NCBI GenBank assembly: GCA_963666285.1
Contig: OY762711.1
DNA: 64,000 bases
Origin: Sedimentisphaerales bacterium
Lineage (GTDB): Bacteria > Planctomycetota > Phycisphaerae > Sedimentisphaerales > SM23-30
Reading direction: 5' to 3' (one strand)
The number at the start of each line of letters is the position of its first letter. Position 1 is the stretch's first letter. A model generated the notes under the pieces. The model was not told where the DNA came from, ran no database searches, and saw only the letters and a program-made list of their open reading frames with translations. Below are positions 55,186-64,000 of this stretch, piece by piece. The position numbers and the translations under genes were made by a program.

Positions 55186-57699
55186 ATGCATAATAAATCT
55201 TTATTCTCAGTTATTGTTATTCTTTTTGCTTTGTCCATGTCTTTCGCCGAATCTGATTTCGGCTATATGACTGATATCATCTCTGGCGAATCCTCTCCCG
55301 GCTGCTTCTCTCTGGTACACAATAACCATGCCACACCACTTTACCTCGACAAATCCGAATATCCCGCCGTTGTCCGCGCCGCCCAGGATCTCCAGCTCGA
55401 TATAGAACGTGTTACTTCCGTTAAACCACTGCTGCTCACCACCGCAATCTCTTCCAATACACCTGCTGTAATTATTGGCACCCTTGGCAAAAATGCTTTT
55501 ATCGACCGGCTTGTCCAGTCTGGCAAAATAAATACAGAATCAATCGCTGGCCAATGGGAATCGTATATTATCGCTGTTGTCGACAACCCGCTCCCCAACA
55601 TATCTAAGGCTCTCGTCATCATAAGCAGCGACAGACGCGGCACTATCTACGGCATATACGAAATCTCCCGCCAGATCGGCGTCTCACCCTGGTACTGGTG
55701 GGCTGACGTACCCATTCCGCATCAGGACAGTTTATATGTCATGCCCGGCTCTTACCATCAGGGCCCGCCCGCCGTCAAATACCGCGGCATATTTATCAAT
55801 GACGAAGACTGGGGACTGCATCAGTGGGCAATTCACACATTCGAAAAGCATCCCAAGGGCATCGGCCCCAAAACCTACGAAAAAGTCTTTGAGCTCATGC
55901 TCAGGTTGCGGCTCAACTATTTCTGGCCTGCTATGCACGAATGTTCGCGAGAGTTTGCTTCTATCCCAGAAAATGTCGAACTGGCACATTATTACGGCAT
56001 AGCTGCCGGTGCGTCCCATTGCGAGCCTATGCTTTTCAATAACACCAAATGGGACGAGAAAAAGCTTGGCAAATGGGATTATGCCGTTAACCGCGATACA
56101 ATTTATTCTACCTGGCAGAACTACGCCCAGAACCGCGGCGATAAGGAAGCCGTATGGACCATTGGCATGCGAGGCATACACGACCGTGGCATGCAGGGCG
56201 TTAGAGACTCAAAAACTCGAATTGCGACTCTCGAGCAAATATTTGCCGACCAGCGTTCCTTGCTCGACAAATATGTCACTAAGGAATGGGGCCCGGTTGC
56301 CCAGGCTTTCGTACCTTACAAGGAAGTCTTATCTCTTTACGATGCCGGCCTGAAGGTTCCTGACGATGTCACTCTTGTATGGGTCGACGACAATTTCGGC
56401 TATATCCGTCGCCTCAGCTCGCCCGACGAACGCAAACGATCTGGCGGTTCCGGGGTTTACTATCACATCTCCTATTATGGCGGTCCGCATTCTTACCTCT
56501 GGATAAACTCTACCGCTCCGGCATTACTCTGGGAAGAGTTTCACAAAGCATGGGAAAACCAGGCCCAAACTCTTTGGATGCTCAACGTCGGCGATATCAA
56601 ACCCGCTGAAATCGGCATAGATTATTTCTCACGCTTTGCCTGGAACGCCGATTCGTTCGGCCCCAACTCCCAGCCGCTTTTCCTGCGAGATTTTACCGCA
56701 GGCCTTTTCGGCGACCGGCTTGCACGGCCCATAGCCGACCTGCTCGCTGAATTCTATCGTCTCGGCACTATCCGTAAACCGGAACTTATGGTCCGCACCG
56801 GCTGGGCTCTTTCTATGCCCGAAGCTCAAGCAATCCAGCTTCGCAGCGACTACAAAAAACTGCTCGAAACTGAAGCCGATCTCGCTGCTCGTATTCCTGA
56901 TAACTATTGTGACACATATACCCAGCTTGTAGGTTTCCCCGCTCGCATACTCGCTTCCACCGGCCTTATCTTCATGGCCGATCGTTCCATCCAGTTTGGC
57001 GATGACGTCGCCGCGAACGAAAGCGAAATCACCCGATTGCGTGCTTTTATCAATTCTGAAGTCGATAACTACAATCAAAATGTTGCTTCCGGCAAATGGA
57101 ACCACATGATGCCCGGTGCCGTCACCCGCAAAGAGCTTATCCGCTGGAGCAGTCAGGTTCAATGGCCCTGGGGCGAAAAGCCCAGACCTGCCGATGCCCA
57201 ACCTCTCACACGCAATACCTCAACTCGCTCATGGCGGCCCGCATCTTCTGCCGACCGCAAGTCATTTTACGGCAAAGCTCAATGGACCCGCATCGATGGG
57301 CTCGGCTCAACCGCTAAAGCTCTCGCACTCAAACCTGCCAATATCGAATATAGCTGGCAGCAGGGCGATAAATACGCGCCGACTCTCGAATTCGATTTTG
57401 TTACAACTGACAGTGCCGATTCTAACCTGCTCATTGATTTCCTGCCGACTTTCCGCATCTGTCCCGGCATGAAACTCAGGGTCGCCGTCAGTATCGACGA
57501 TCAGCCCTCTATTCTCGTCGAAGTGCCAGGCTCCAGTGGTGCCGAAAACGAATACGGTCGCATTCGATACAACGCGGTACAAAGTAACTGCACTCAAGCG
57601 GATGTCAAGCTTCCTGAACTATCTCCCGGCACCCACACGCTGAAAATTCAAGCCGTCGATCCCGGCATAGTCATCGACAGAATATCACTGCCGCAATAG
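55186..57699 (+). CDS. GH115 family glycoside hydrolase (xylan alpha-glucuronidase-like)
   Basis: SDRRGTIYGIYE.S..IGVSPWYWWAD, YRGIFINDEDW, NYFWPAMH, SHCEPM, GMRGIHD, DDNFGY, NVGDIKP. Confidence 0.93.
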   Translation: MHNKSLFSVIVILFALSMSFAESDFGYMTDIISGESSPGCFSLVHNNHATPLYLDKSEYPAVVRAAQDLQLDIERVTSVKPLLLTTAISSNTPAVIIGTLGKNAFIDRLVQSGKINTESIAGQWESYIIAVVDNPLPNISKALVIISSDRRGTIYGIYEISRQIGVSPWYWWADVPIPHQDSLYVMPGSYHQGPPAVKYRGIFINDEDWGLHQWAIHTFEKHPKGIGPKTYEKVFELMLRLRLNYFWPAMHECSREFASIPENVELAHYYGIAAGASHCEPMLFNNTKWDEKKLGKWDYAVNRDTIYSTWQNYAQNRGDKEAVWTIGMRGIHDRGMQGVRDSKTRIATLEQIFADQRSLLDKYVTKEWGPVAQAFVPYKEVLSLYDAGLKVPDDVTLVWVDDNFGYIRRLSSPDERKRSGGSGVYYHISYYGGPHSYLWINSTAPALLWEEFHKAWENQAQTLWMLNVGDIKPAEIGIDYFSRFAWNADSFGPNSQPLFLRDFTAGLFGDRLARPIADLLAEFYRLGTIRKPELMVRTGWALSMPEAQAIQLRSDYKKLLETEADLAARIPDNYCDTYTQLVGFPARILASTGLIFMADRSIQFGDDVAANESEITRLRAFINSEVDNYNQNVASGKWNHMMPGAVTRKELIRWSSQVQWPWGEKPRPADAQPLTRNTSTRSWRPASSADRKSFYGKAQWTRIDGLGSTAKALALKPANIEYSWQQGDKYAPTLEFDFVTTDSADSNLLIDFLPTFRICPGMKLRVAVSIDDQPSILVEVPGSSGAENEYGRIRYNAVQSNCTQADVKLPELSPGTHTLKIQAVDPGIVIDRISLPQ

Positions 57700-58021
57700 A
57701 TTGCTTGCCAGTCTGCGGCTAATAAATAATCTTATGTCACAACTCTAACTCTTTATAAGGCATAAAGATAATACAAGGTGCTTGGCCAAAGTGCGCGTCT
57801 ACCTCTGGTAACAATTATTTTGCATATAATATTTGGAAATTCCTCCCATTTTTGCTATCATAAATCCTTAGTTTTTAACAATTTACTTATTGGCCGGGAT
57901 GCTGATTCTATAAATCTCATTTCTGCGATAAGTTACTTTATTATAATAACTTAAAATTGATAGGGCTGTATTGCCGCTTTAGCTGCTGACTGTCCGCCTC
58001 ACCGCCAACGGAAAAGAGTTT

Positions 58022-61000
58022 ATGAAAAAATCTGGTCTTTTTATCGTGTTTTTATGTCTTTGCCTGTCCGCAATACTTAATGCCGCCAATGGCATCATTC
58101 CCGGCACAGGTACCGAAACCGAACCATACCTCATCGAAGATCTTGCCGATTTCGACTATCTCGTTGCTAATTTTAGTGACTATAATAGCGGACAATATAT
58201 CAGGTTAGAAACCGATATCGATCTTTCCGGTAGAATTTACACAAACTATGTGATATATAGCATAACCAGTATTTTTGATGGTCATGGCCATACAATTAGC
58301 AATCCTACTATAAATACCGATGGCAGTGTTACTGATATTGGCTTTGCCGGTAGGATTGATGACTGGTTTAACGGCTTTTATCCTGGCTTTAGAAATCTTA
58401 ATTTGCAAAACGTAACAGTGAATGGTAATAACAATTCCGAAAATGTCGGTGGTCTTTGTGGTCTTATTTGGTATGGAAATATCAGTAACTGTATCGTTAC
58501 CGGCTCAGTAAATGGCTATACAAATGTCGGGCTTCTTGCCGGCTCTAATGATGGTGGAACTATAAGCAACTGTAGCACTTCCGGCACAGTATCTGGCTTT
58601 AAATGGGTTGGCGGTCTGATAGGATGTCAAGTAGGAAATACTGTTGGCGGTTCAACTTTTGCCAGCTGTTCTTCGGCAAATGTCTCAGGTTCGATTAACG
58701 TCGGCGGTTTCGTTGGTCAAAATGATTCGGGCTATATTGTCAACAGTTACGCCTCAGGCAATGTAACTGGTATAAATAGTTCTGCGGGCTTGTACTGCAT
58801 CGGCGGTTTCTGCGGCTATAATGGTGGCAGAATAGGCTACTCTTATTCTTCCGGCTTAGTTTCAGTTTATAGCTCAGCTGCTCAAAGCATCGGTGGATTC
58901 TGTGGCTATTCACAAATTACGCCTGTTGATCCTATCTATAGCTGCTTCTGGGACACCGACACCTCTGCCACGACCTACCCCGGCGATAATATCACCGGCG
59001 CAACCGGCATGCCTACTGACGACATGACAATATCTGCACCTTTTGTGAACGCTGGCTGGAGTTTTGCTGATGGTCCAACCTATGATGGGAACTATCCATG
59101 GTTGATGGTGGATTATCCGAGGCTGGCATGGGAGAATCTTGATATAGAGTTCGTACTTGTACCTGATGTTACAGGTATGACACAAACAGAAGCTGAACAA
59201 GCAATTGAAAATGCAGGTTTTATTTTCGGAAGTGTTAGTTATGCTTACAGTAATACAATAGCAGAGGGTTTGATTGTAAGCCAGACACCACAGGGAGGCG
59301 CATTGTCAACCGTTGGTATGACAATAACAATTGTAATATCAAAGGGTAAACTTCTAGGAGGTGGCGATGGTTCAGAGGCTAATCCATATCTGATAGAAAA
59401 TATAAACGACTTTTATGAATATTGTTCTAGCTCTTATTACTGGAGGAGGGGTGCTTACACTAGATTAGAGTGTGACTTGGACCTAAGTGAAGCTGGGACA
59501 TATAACCGGGCCCCAATAGCTTTCGACACTGATACTGACTCTCGTTTTGACGGTACGTCTTATGCTGGAAATTTTGATGGAAATGGGCATATTATAAGCA
59601 ATCTGTCTGTCAATAGTTTTCATTATTGTGGGTTGTTTGGGAAGGTTATTAGTGGCGGTTCTATAAGTAACCTGGGGTTGGAGAAAACCTCTGTTTCAGG
59701 TTCGTATTACGTTGCAGGTCTTGTAGGGTATAATGATCATGGCAGTTTATATAATTGCCATTGTATGGGAGATGTGATCGGAGAGAGTAATGTGGGTGGT
59801 CTCGTAGGATATAGTTATTTTGGTGGAATTGATAGTTGTTATTTAGCTGGCGAGGTGAGAGGTTCAGGCACTGATATAGGTGGGCTTGTGGGCAGTAATT
59901 GGAGTGGAAATATAACAAATTGTTATTCAGATGGAATTGTAACGGGGGAAAGTAAGTATGTTGGAGGTATAGTAGGTGAAAATCGGAATGGGGAAATAAC
60001 AAATTGCTATTCAACTGGAACTGTATCAGGTTCAAGTGTAGTTGGGGGGCTTGTTGGAACTAATTATTCTGGTAGTATTGCAAGCTCTTATTCAGCTAGT
60101 ATGGTTAGAAGTGTCACTGATAACGTTGGAGGTTGTGTTGGAATTAATATAGGTGGTAGTGTTGTGGACTGTTACTATTATGTCTTTAATGGAGGTGACA
60201 ATGGAATTGGGATAGCTCTTTCTGATGAAGAATTAACGAAAACAAATAGTTTTGCTGGCTTTGATTTTGTTGGCAATGATGCCGATGGCACTGAAGATAT
60301 CTGGGACATTACACCTGGATATATGCCTAGATTATTTTGGCAGTCTGCACCTGGGTGTAAGACTCATCTCAGTAGCATTCAGACTACGCTTGATGGAACA
60401 GGATATTCTGTTGACCCATTTCTTATAGGCAATTATAGTGACTTGCAGGAGTTTAGAGATAATAAATCGCTTCGAATAGGTAATTACAAATTAACAGCTG
60501 ATATTGACCTTTCCGGAGTCACTTATACTGAAGCTTTTGTTCCGGATATATTTAATGGTACATTTGATGGTGACGGTCATGCGATTTCGCACTTGACCAT
60601 CTCTGGAGGGCCTACCCTTGGATTTTTTAGTCAGCTGAATGGCTCAATTGACGGATTAGGCCTTGATGAAATTAATATTATTGGTTCTTATAGTGTTGGC
60701 GGTTTGTGTGGGATGAATTATGGCGGCATTAATAAATGCTGTGTTACTGGAACGATAACTGGAAGTGGTGGTTTAGTCGGTGGTTTATGTGGGGAGAATG
60801 ATAACGGAAGTATAAGTAATTGTTATTTTATTGGAACGGTGAATGGAAGTGGTAATTCTGTTGGTGGTTTGTGTGGATATAATTATTATGGCACTATCTC
60901 CAACTGCTATGCCGCCGGAACGGTGAATGGAAGTGGTAATTCTGTTGGTGGTTTGTGTGGATATAATTATTCTGGCAGTATAACCGAATCTTATGCCACC

Positions 61001-62650
61001 GGCTCAGTTTCGGGGAGTAATAATCTCGGCGGACTTTGCGGATCAAATTCTAGAGGCAAAATCTCCAACTGTTATGCCGCCGGAGCGGTTTCTGGAGGTA
61101 GTTGTGTTGGTGGACTCTGCGGGTATCAATTTTATGGCAGTATAACCTCCTGCTATGCCACTGGCTCGGTTTTAGGTGAGTCTTCTCTCGGCGGACTTAG
61201 CGGATCTAATTCTTGTGGCACTATCTCCAACTGCTATTCTACAGGTTCAGTTTCTGGAGGTACTAATTCTGATTATCTCGGCGGACTCTGCGGGTATCAA
61301 AATTCTGGCACTATCTCCAACTGCTATTTTTACGTATTTAGCGGACCGGATAATGGTTATGGCATATCCATTGATGATACCCAACTCCAGGATATAAACA
61401 GTTTTTATGGATTTGATTTTGCCGGTAATTCCTCTGATGGTACTGAAGATACCTGGATAATTGATCCCGGCTATATGCCCAGGTTAAATTGGCAGGATTC
61501 TCCAGGGCAGACTCCTCCATATAAGCTTGATATGATTTCTACATCTCTGGTAGGTACCGGTTACTCAGACGATCCGTTTATTATCGCCGGTTATGATGAT
61601 CTGATGGAGTTCCGTAAAAATTCTTCTCTTCGTATTGGTTTTTATCGTCTGGATGATAATATTGATTTGGCCGGAACAACTTGGTCTGGGGCATTTATCC
61701 CTGAACAGTTCTTAGGTGTTTTTGATGGTAACGGCCATACTATATCAAATCTGTCAATTACTGGCAGTAATTACTTGGGACTGTTTAGTTACCTTTACGG
61801 TTCTGTCGATGATTTGGATCTGCAAAATATATCTATTGTTGGTACAGGATCTTATCTCGGCGGGCTGTGTGGTTATAATAATTCTTGCACTATCTCCAAT
61901 TGCTATGTCACCGGCTCAGTTTCTGGCGATGATATACTCGGCGGTCTCTGCGGAAATAATTATTATGGTACTATCTCCAACTGCTATGTCGCCGGTTCTG
62001 TGTCAGGTGATGATTTTCTCGGCGGTCTCTGCGGATATAATAATAATGGTACCATAACCAACTGCTATGCCACCGGCTCTGTGTCAGGTGATGATTCTTA
62101 TTCTCTCGGCGGACTCTGCGGATATAATAATAATGGTACCATAACCAACTGCTATGCCACCGGCTCTTTTTATGGTGATAGATATCTCGGCGGACTCTGC
62201 GGAAACAATAATTATGGCACTATCTCCAACTGCTATGCCACCGGCTCTGTTTATGGTGATAGATATCTCGGCGGCTTGTGTGGTTATAAATATTTCGGCA
62301 GTATCAGTAGTTGTTTCTGGGATGTTGAAACATCAGGAATCGGTAATAGTGGAGATGATAACTATGGAGCTATCGGCAAAACCACTGCCCAAATGCAAGA
62401 TATCAACACTTACCTCAATGCCGACTGGGACTTCGTCTCTGAATTCGCCAACGGTACAGAAGATCATTGGCATATGCCGTACAACGCAACCGGGTATCCA
62501 ATGCTATCTTGGCAAAAGGACATCCCCGGCGACCTCACCGGCTCTTATGGTGTCGATATCACAGACTTTGCGGCTTTATCAAACGCTTGGCTCGATGGCT
62601 ATGATATCTCAGACCTCCAAACCCTCGCCCAATATTGGCTCGAACAATAA
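58022..62650 (+). CDS. Large secreted GLUG-repeat surface protein with PASTA domain and dockerin-like C-terminus
   Basis: Signal peptide; four modules starting G.G...P(Y/F).I...D and FDG.GH.IS.L; many GGL.G.N..G.I.NCY..G repeats; VPDVTGMTQTEAE PASTA; GDLTGSYGVDITDF...WL. Confidence 0.88.
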   Translation: MKKSGLFIVFLCLCLSAILNAANGIIPGTGTETEPYLIEDLADFDYLVANFSDYNSGQYIRLETDIDLSGRIYTNYVIYSITSIFDGHGHTISNPTINTDGSVTDIGFAGRIDDWFNGFYPGFRNLNLQNVTVNGNNNSENVGGLCGLIWYGNISNCIVTGSVNGYTNVGLLAGSNDGGTISNCSTSGTVSGFKWVGGLIGCQVGNTVGGSTFASCSSANVSGSINVGGFVGQNDSGYIVNSYASGNVTGINSSAGLYCIGGFCGYNGGRIGYSYSSGLVSVYSSAAQSIGGFCGYSQITPVDPIYSCFWDTDTSATTYPGDNITGATGMPTDDMTISAPFVNAGWSFADGPTYDGNYPWLMVDYPRLAWENLDIEFVLVPDVTGMTQTEAEQAIENAGFIFGSVSYAYSNTIAEGLIVSQTPQGGALSTVGMTITIVISKGKLLGGGDGSEANPYLIENINDFYEYCSSSYYWRRGAYTRLECDLDLSEAGTYNRAPIAFDTDTDSRFDGTSYAGNFDGNGHIISNLSVNSFHYCGLFGKVISGGSISNLGLEKTSVSGSYYVAGLVGYNDHGSLYNCHCMGDVIGESNVGGLVGYSYFGGIDSCYLAGEVRGSGTDIGGLVGSNWSGNITNCYSDGIVTGESKYVGGIVGENRNGEITNCYSTGTVSGSSVVGGLVGTNYSGSIASSYSASMVRSVTDNVGGCVGINIGGSVVDCYYYVFNGGDNGIGIALSDEELTKTNSFAGFDFVGNDADGTEDIWDITPGYMPRLFWQSAPGCKTHLSSIQTTLDGTGYSVDPFLIGNYSDLQEFRDNKSLRIGNYKLTADIDLSGVTYTEAFVPDIFNGTFDGDGHAISHLTISGGPTLGFFSQLNGSIDGLGLDEINIIGSYSVGGLCGMNYGGINKCCVTGTITGSGGLVGGLCGENDNGSISNCYFIGTVNGSGNSVGGLCGYNYYGTISNCYAAGTVNGSGNSVGGLCGYNYSGSITESYATGSVSGSNNLGGLCGSNSRGKISNCYAAGAVSGGSCVGGLCGYQFYGSITSCYATGSVLGESSLGGLSGSNSCGTISNCYSTGSVSGGTNSDYLGGLCGYQNSGTISNCYFYVFSGPDNGYGISIDDTQLQDINSFYGFDFAGNSSDGTEDTWIIDPGYMPRLNWQDSPGQTPPYKLDMISTSLVGTGYSDDPFIIAGYDDLMEFRKNSSLRIGFYRLDDNIDLAGTTWSGAFIPEQFLGVFDGNGHTISNLSITGSNYLGLFSYLYGSVDDLDLQNISIVGTGSYLGGLCGYNNSCTISNCYVTGSVSGDDILGGLCGNNYYGTISNCYVAGSVSGDDFLGGLCGYNNNGTITNCYATGSVSGDDSYSLGGLCGYNNNGTITNCYATGSFYGDRYLGGLCGNNNYGTISNCYATGSVYGDRYLGGLCGYKYFGSISSCFWDVETSGIGNSGDDNYGAIGKTTAQMQDINTYLNADWDFVSEFANGTEDHWHMPYNATGYPMLSWQKDIPGDLTGSYGVDITDFAALSNAWLDGYDISDLQTLAQYWLEQ
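60833..60971 (+). repeat. Exact 55-bp direct repeat (60833-60887 and 60917-60971, period 84) within the GLUG gene
   Basis: GGAACGGTGAATGGAAGTGGTAATTCTGTTGGTGGTTTGTGTGGATATAATTATT twice. Confidence 0.9.
61855..62285 (+). repeat. Tandem array of about 81-87-bp GLUG coding repeats, including an exact 54-bp duplication (62027-62080 / 62114-62167)
   Basis: Recurrent CTCGGCGG.CT.TG.GG...AACTGCTATG.C.CCGG.TCT units. Confidence 0.9.
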
Positions 62651-62747
62651 CCGTTCGCTGACCGCTGGCCACTGATAGCTCGATGCTGTTTCCCTGTTTT
62701 ACTATCATCTGTTCCAATTTTAAATCATCCTCGCCGCCAGGCGATTC

Positions 62748-63998
62748 CTAAATTACGCCTACCCGGATATCTTCCGGTAGATTCTCGACCATTGTCCTGC
62801 CAAAATAGTCTGCCGGGCATAATCCGGCATACCCTCGGCATAAAGGAGGCATAGCTTTGTACCAGTTGCCGGTTTTCCTGCCCGGCTCTGGAATATCTGC
62901 TCCTGCCAGCACCTGGAATCGGTCATCAATTCCAACCTTATCTTCCGGTTTAATACCTGGATAACCTTCCATATTCGATTGGCCGAAACATAAGAAAATA
63001 TAAAATCTGGGATCAGGCTTTGCATTTGTATTTGCTTTCTGTTCTGTTTTATTTTTCTCTGCTGTTCTGATCACAGCGTCGAAAGCCTGTTTTGGCTGAT
63101 AGTTACCATCAAAAAGCAGGGGAGAGCCGCCTATCCAGGACGTTTTATCATATACTCCCCAGAAAGTTACACGTGGGATAACGTCTCTGTGTTTTAATAA
63201 TACAGTGAATATTTCAGCATACTTATCAGCCAGTTTCTTCTGGGTTTCCGCCGCTATTGCCTCCGGATCATCTGAATTCTGACGTCTTACCTGACTGATA
63301 TCTGCTCCCTGGTATCCAAATGCTTTCGTTCGTATATCCAGCTCCGTTATCATTACCTTAACTTCGGTCTTAGCTAAGTTAGTAATGGCATATTCCAGAT
63401 CCTTAACATCGGGATAACCCAGCCCGCCGTGCAGCTGCATACCAACTCCATCGATACGAAGCCCTTTGGATTGCAGGTATTTCACTATTTCAACAGCACC
63501 GTCACATTTAGCATTTTTTGCACTCAGGTTGTAATCGTTATAGTATAATTCCGCTTCCGGATCGGCCTCGTGAGCATATTCGAACGCCTTGGCGATGTGG
63601 TCATATTTCTGCTCCGGATTACCTTCACTTATAATCCTGTACCAAAGGGTATCCCGTATTGTACCGTCATCATTTAACGCCTCGTTTACAACATCCCAGC
63701 CTTTGACACGGCCTTTATATCTACCGACTACCGTATGGATATGATCTCGCATCCTCGCCAGTAGTTCTTTCCGGGTTAATACAGCTCCTTCATCATTCTT
63801 AAATACCCAGTCAGGTACCTGGCTATGCCATACCAGGCAATGTCCTATAGGTGCCATCTCTTTTTTCTCGCAGAATTCCATAAAACTATCCGCCGGTCCC
63901 CAGTTGTACTTTCCCGGTCGCGGATGAATACTGGACCATTTCATATCGTTCTCGGAAGTTGCTGTATTCAAATGTCTGGCGGCAATTTCCGCGGCTCC
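62748..63998 (-). CDS. GH10 endo-1,4-beta-xylanase (5' end outside window) fused to a truncated CE6/SASA-type acetylesterase domain
   Basis: ENDMKW, GHCLVWHSQ, WDVVNE, YNDY, ITELD catalytic motifs; then FYIFLCFGQSNMEG...PADYFGR...VGVI-stop; frame open to the window edge. Confidence 0.9.
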   Translation of the reverse strand, partial: GAAEIAARHLNTATSENDMKWSSIHPRPGKYNWGPADSFMEFCEKKEMAPIGHCLVWHSQVPDWVFKNDEGAVLTRKELLARMRDHIHTVVGRYKGRVKGWDVVNEALNDDGTIRDTLWYRIISEGNPEQKYDHIAKAFEYAHEADPEAELYYNDYNLSAKNAKCDGAVEIVKYLQSKGLRIDGVGMQLHGGLGYPDVKDLEYAITNLAKTEVKVMITELDIRTKAFGYQGADISQVRRQNSDDPEAIAAETQKKLADKYAEIFTVLLKHRDVIPRVTFWGVYDKTSWIGGSPLLFDGNYQPKQAFDAVIRTAEKNKTEQKANTNAKPDPRFYIFLCFGQSNMEGYPGIKPEDKVGIDDRFQVLAGADIPEPGRKTGNWYKAMPPLCRGYAGLCPADYFGRTMVENLPEDIRVGVI

Positions 63999-64000
63999 CG

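Noticed and set aside
60700..62300. GLUG repeats as a CRISPR array or DGR template/variable repeats
   Set aside because: Repeats are in-frame coding units without unique spacers; differences are not confined to adenines; no cas or reverse transcriptase gene in the window
62651..62750. Stop-codon readthrough (TAG recoding) of the xylanase-esterase
   Set aside because: Sequence after TAG only faintly resembles the expected continuation and runs antisense into the GLUG gene; other TAG stops in the window behave as normal ends

Overview
Bacterial chromosomal window, AT-rich in its core. It is probably from a planctomycete of the Phycisphaerae/Sedimentisphaerales type; this is inferred from the ECF sigma/FecR-NPCBM pairs, the secreted LamG/Ig proteins with dockerin-like C-termini and a GLUG/PASTA surface protein, not from any search. 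1-16.3 kb: a duplicated alpha-glucan utilisation cassette (2 secreted Ig/LamG proteins, 2 ECF sigma + membrane anti-sigma pairs, 2 GH31 enzymes). 16.5-52.7 kb: mostly housekeeping genes (pdxJ, rfbA, SH3-MoxR-ECF, APC-PTS IIA permease, glycogen debranching enzyme, ParA, amrB, efp, cimA, STAS/RsbW, rluB-like, phoH-HD-ybeY-CBS, rfaD). 53.2-64 kb: a compositionally distinct xylan-related island (GH115, GLUG surface protein, GH10 fused to a truncated CE6-like domain). No rRNA, tRNA, CRISPR array, transposase or reverse transcriptase was seen. The best unannotated signals are non-coding or tiny: (i) an Ile-codon leader peptide with a complete attenuator upstream of cimA; (ii) two similarly built minus-strand sRNA candidates (sigma28-like promoter, CUCCUUUC anti-SD motif, terminator); (iii) a 160-bp MITE with TTA target duplication and several other rod-like intergenic folds; (iv) a small hydrophobic ORF with an RPPP arrest-like motif before a His-rich membrane protein; (v) a possible cellulosome-analogous system of dockerin-like tagged proteins controlled by carbohydrate-sensing anti-sigma factors.
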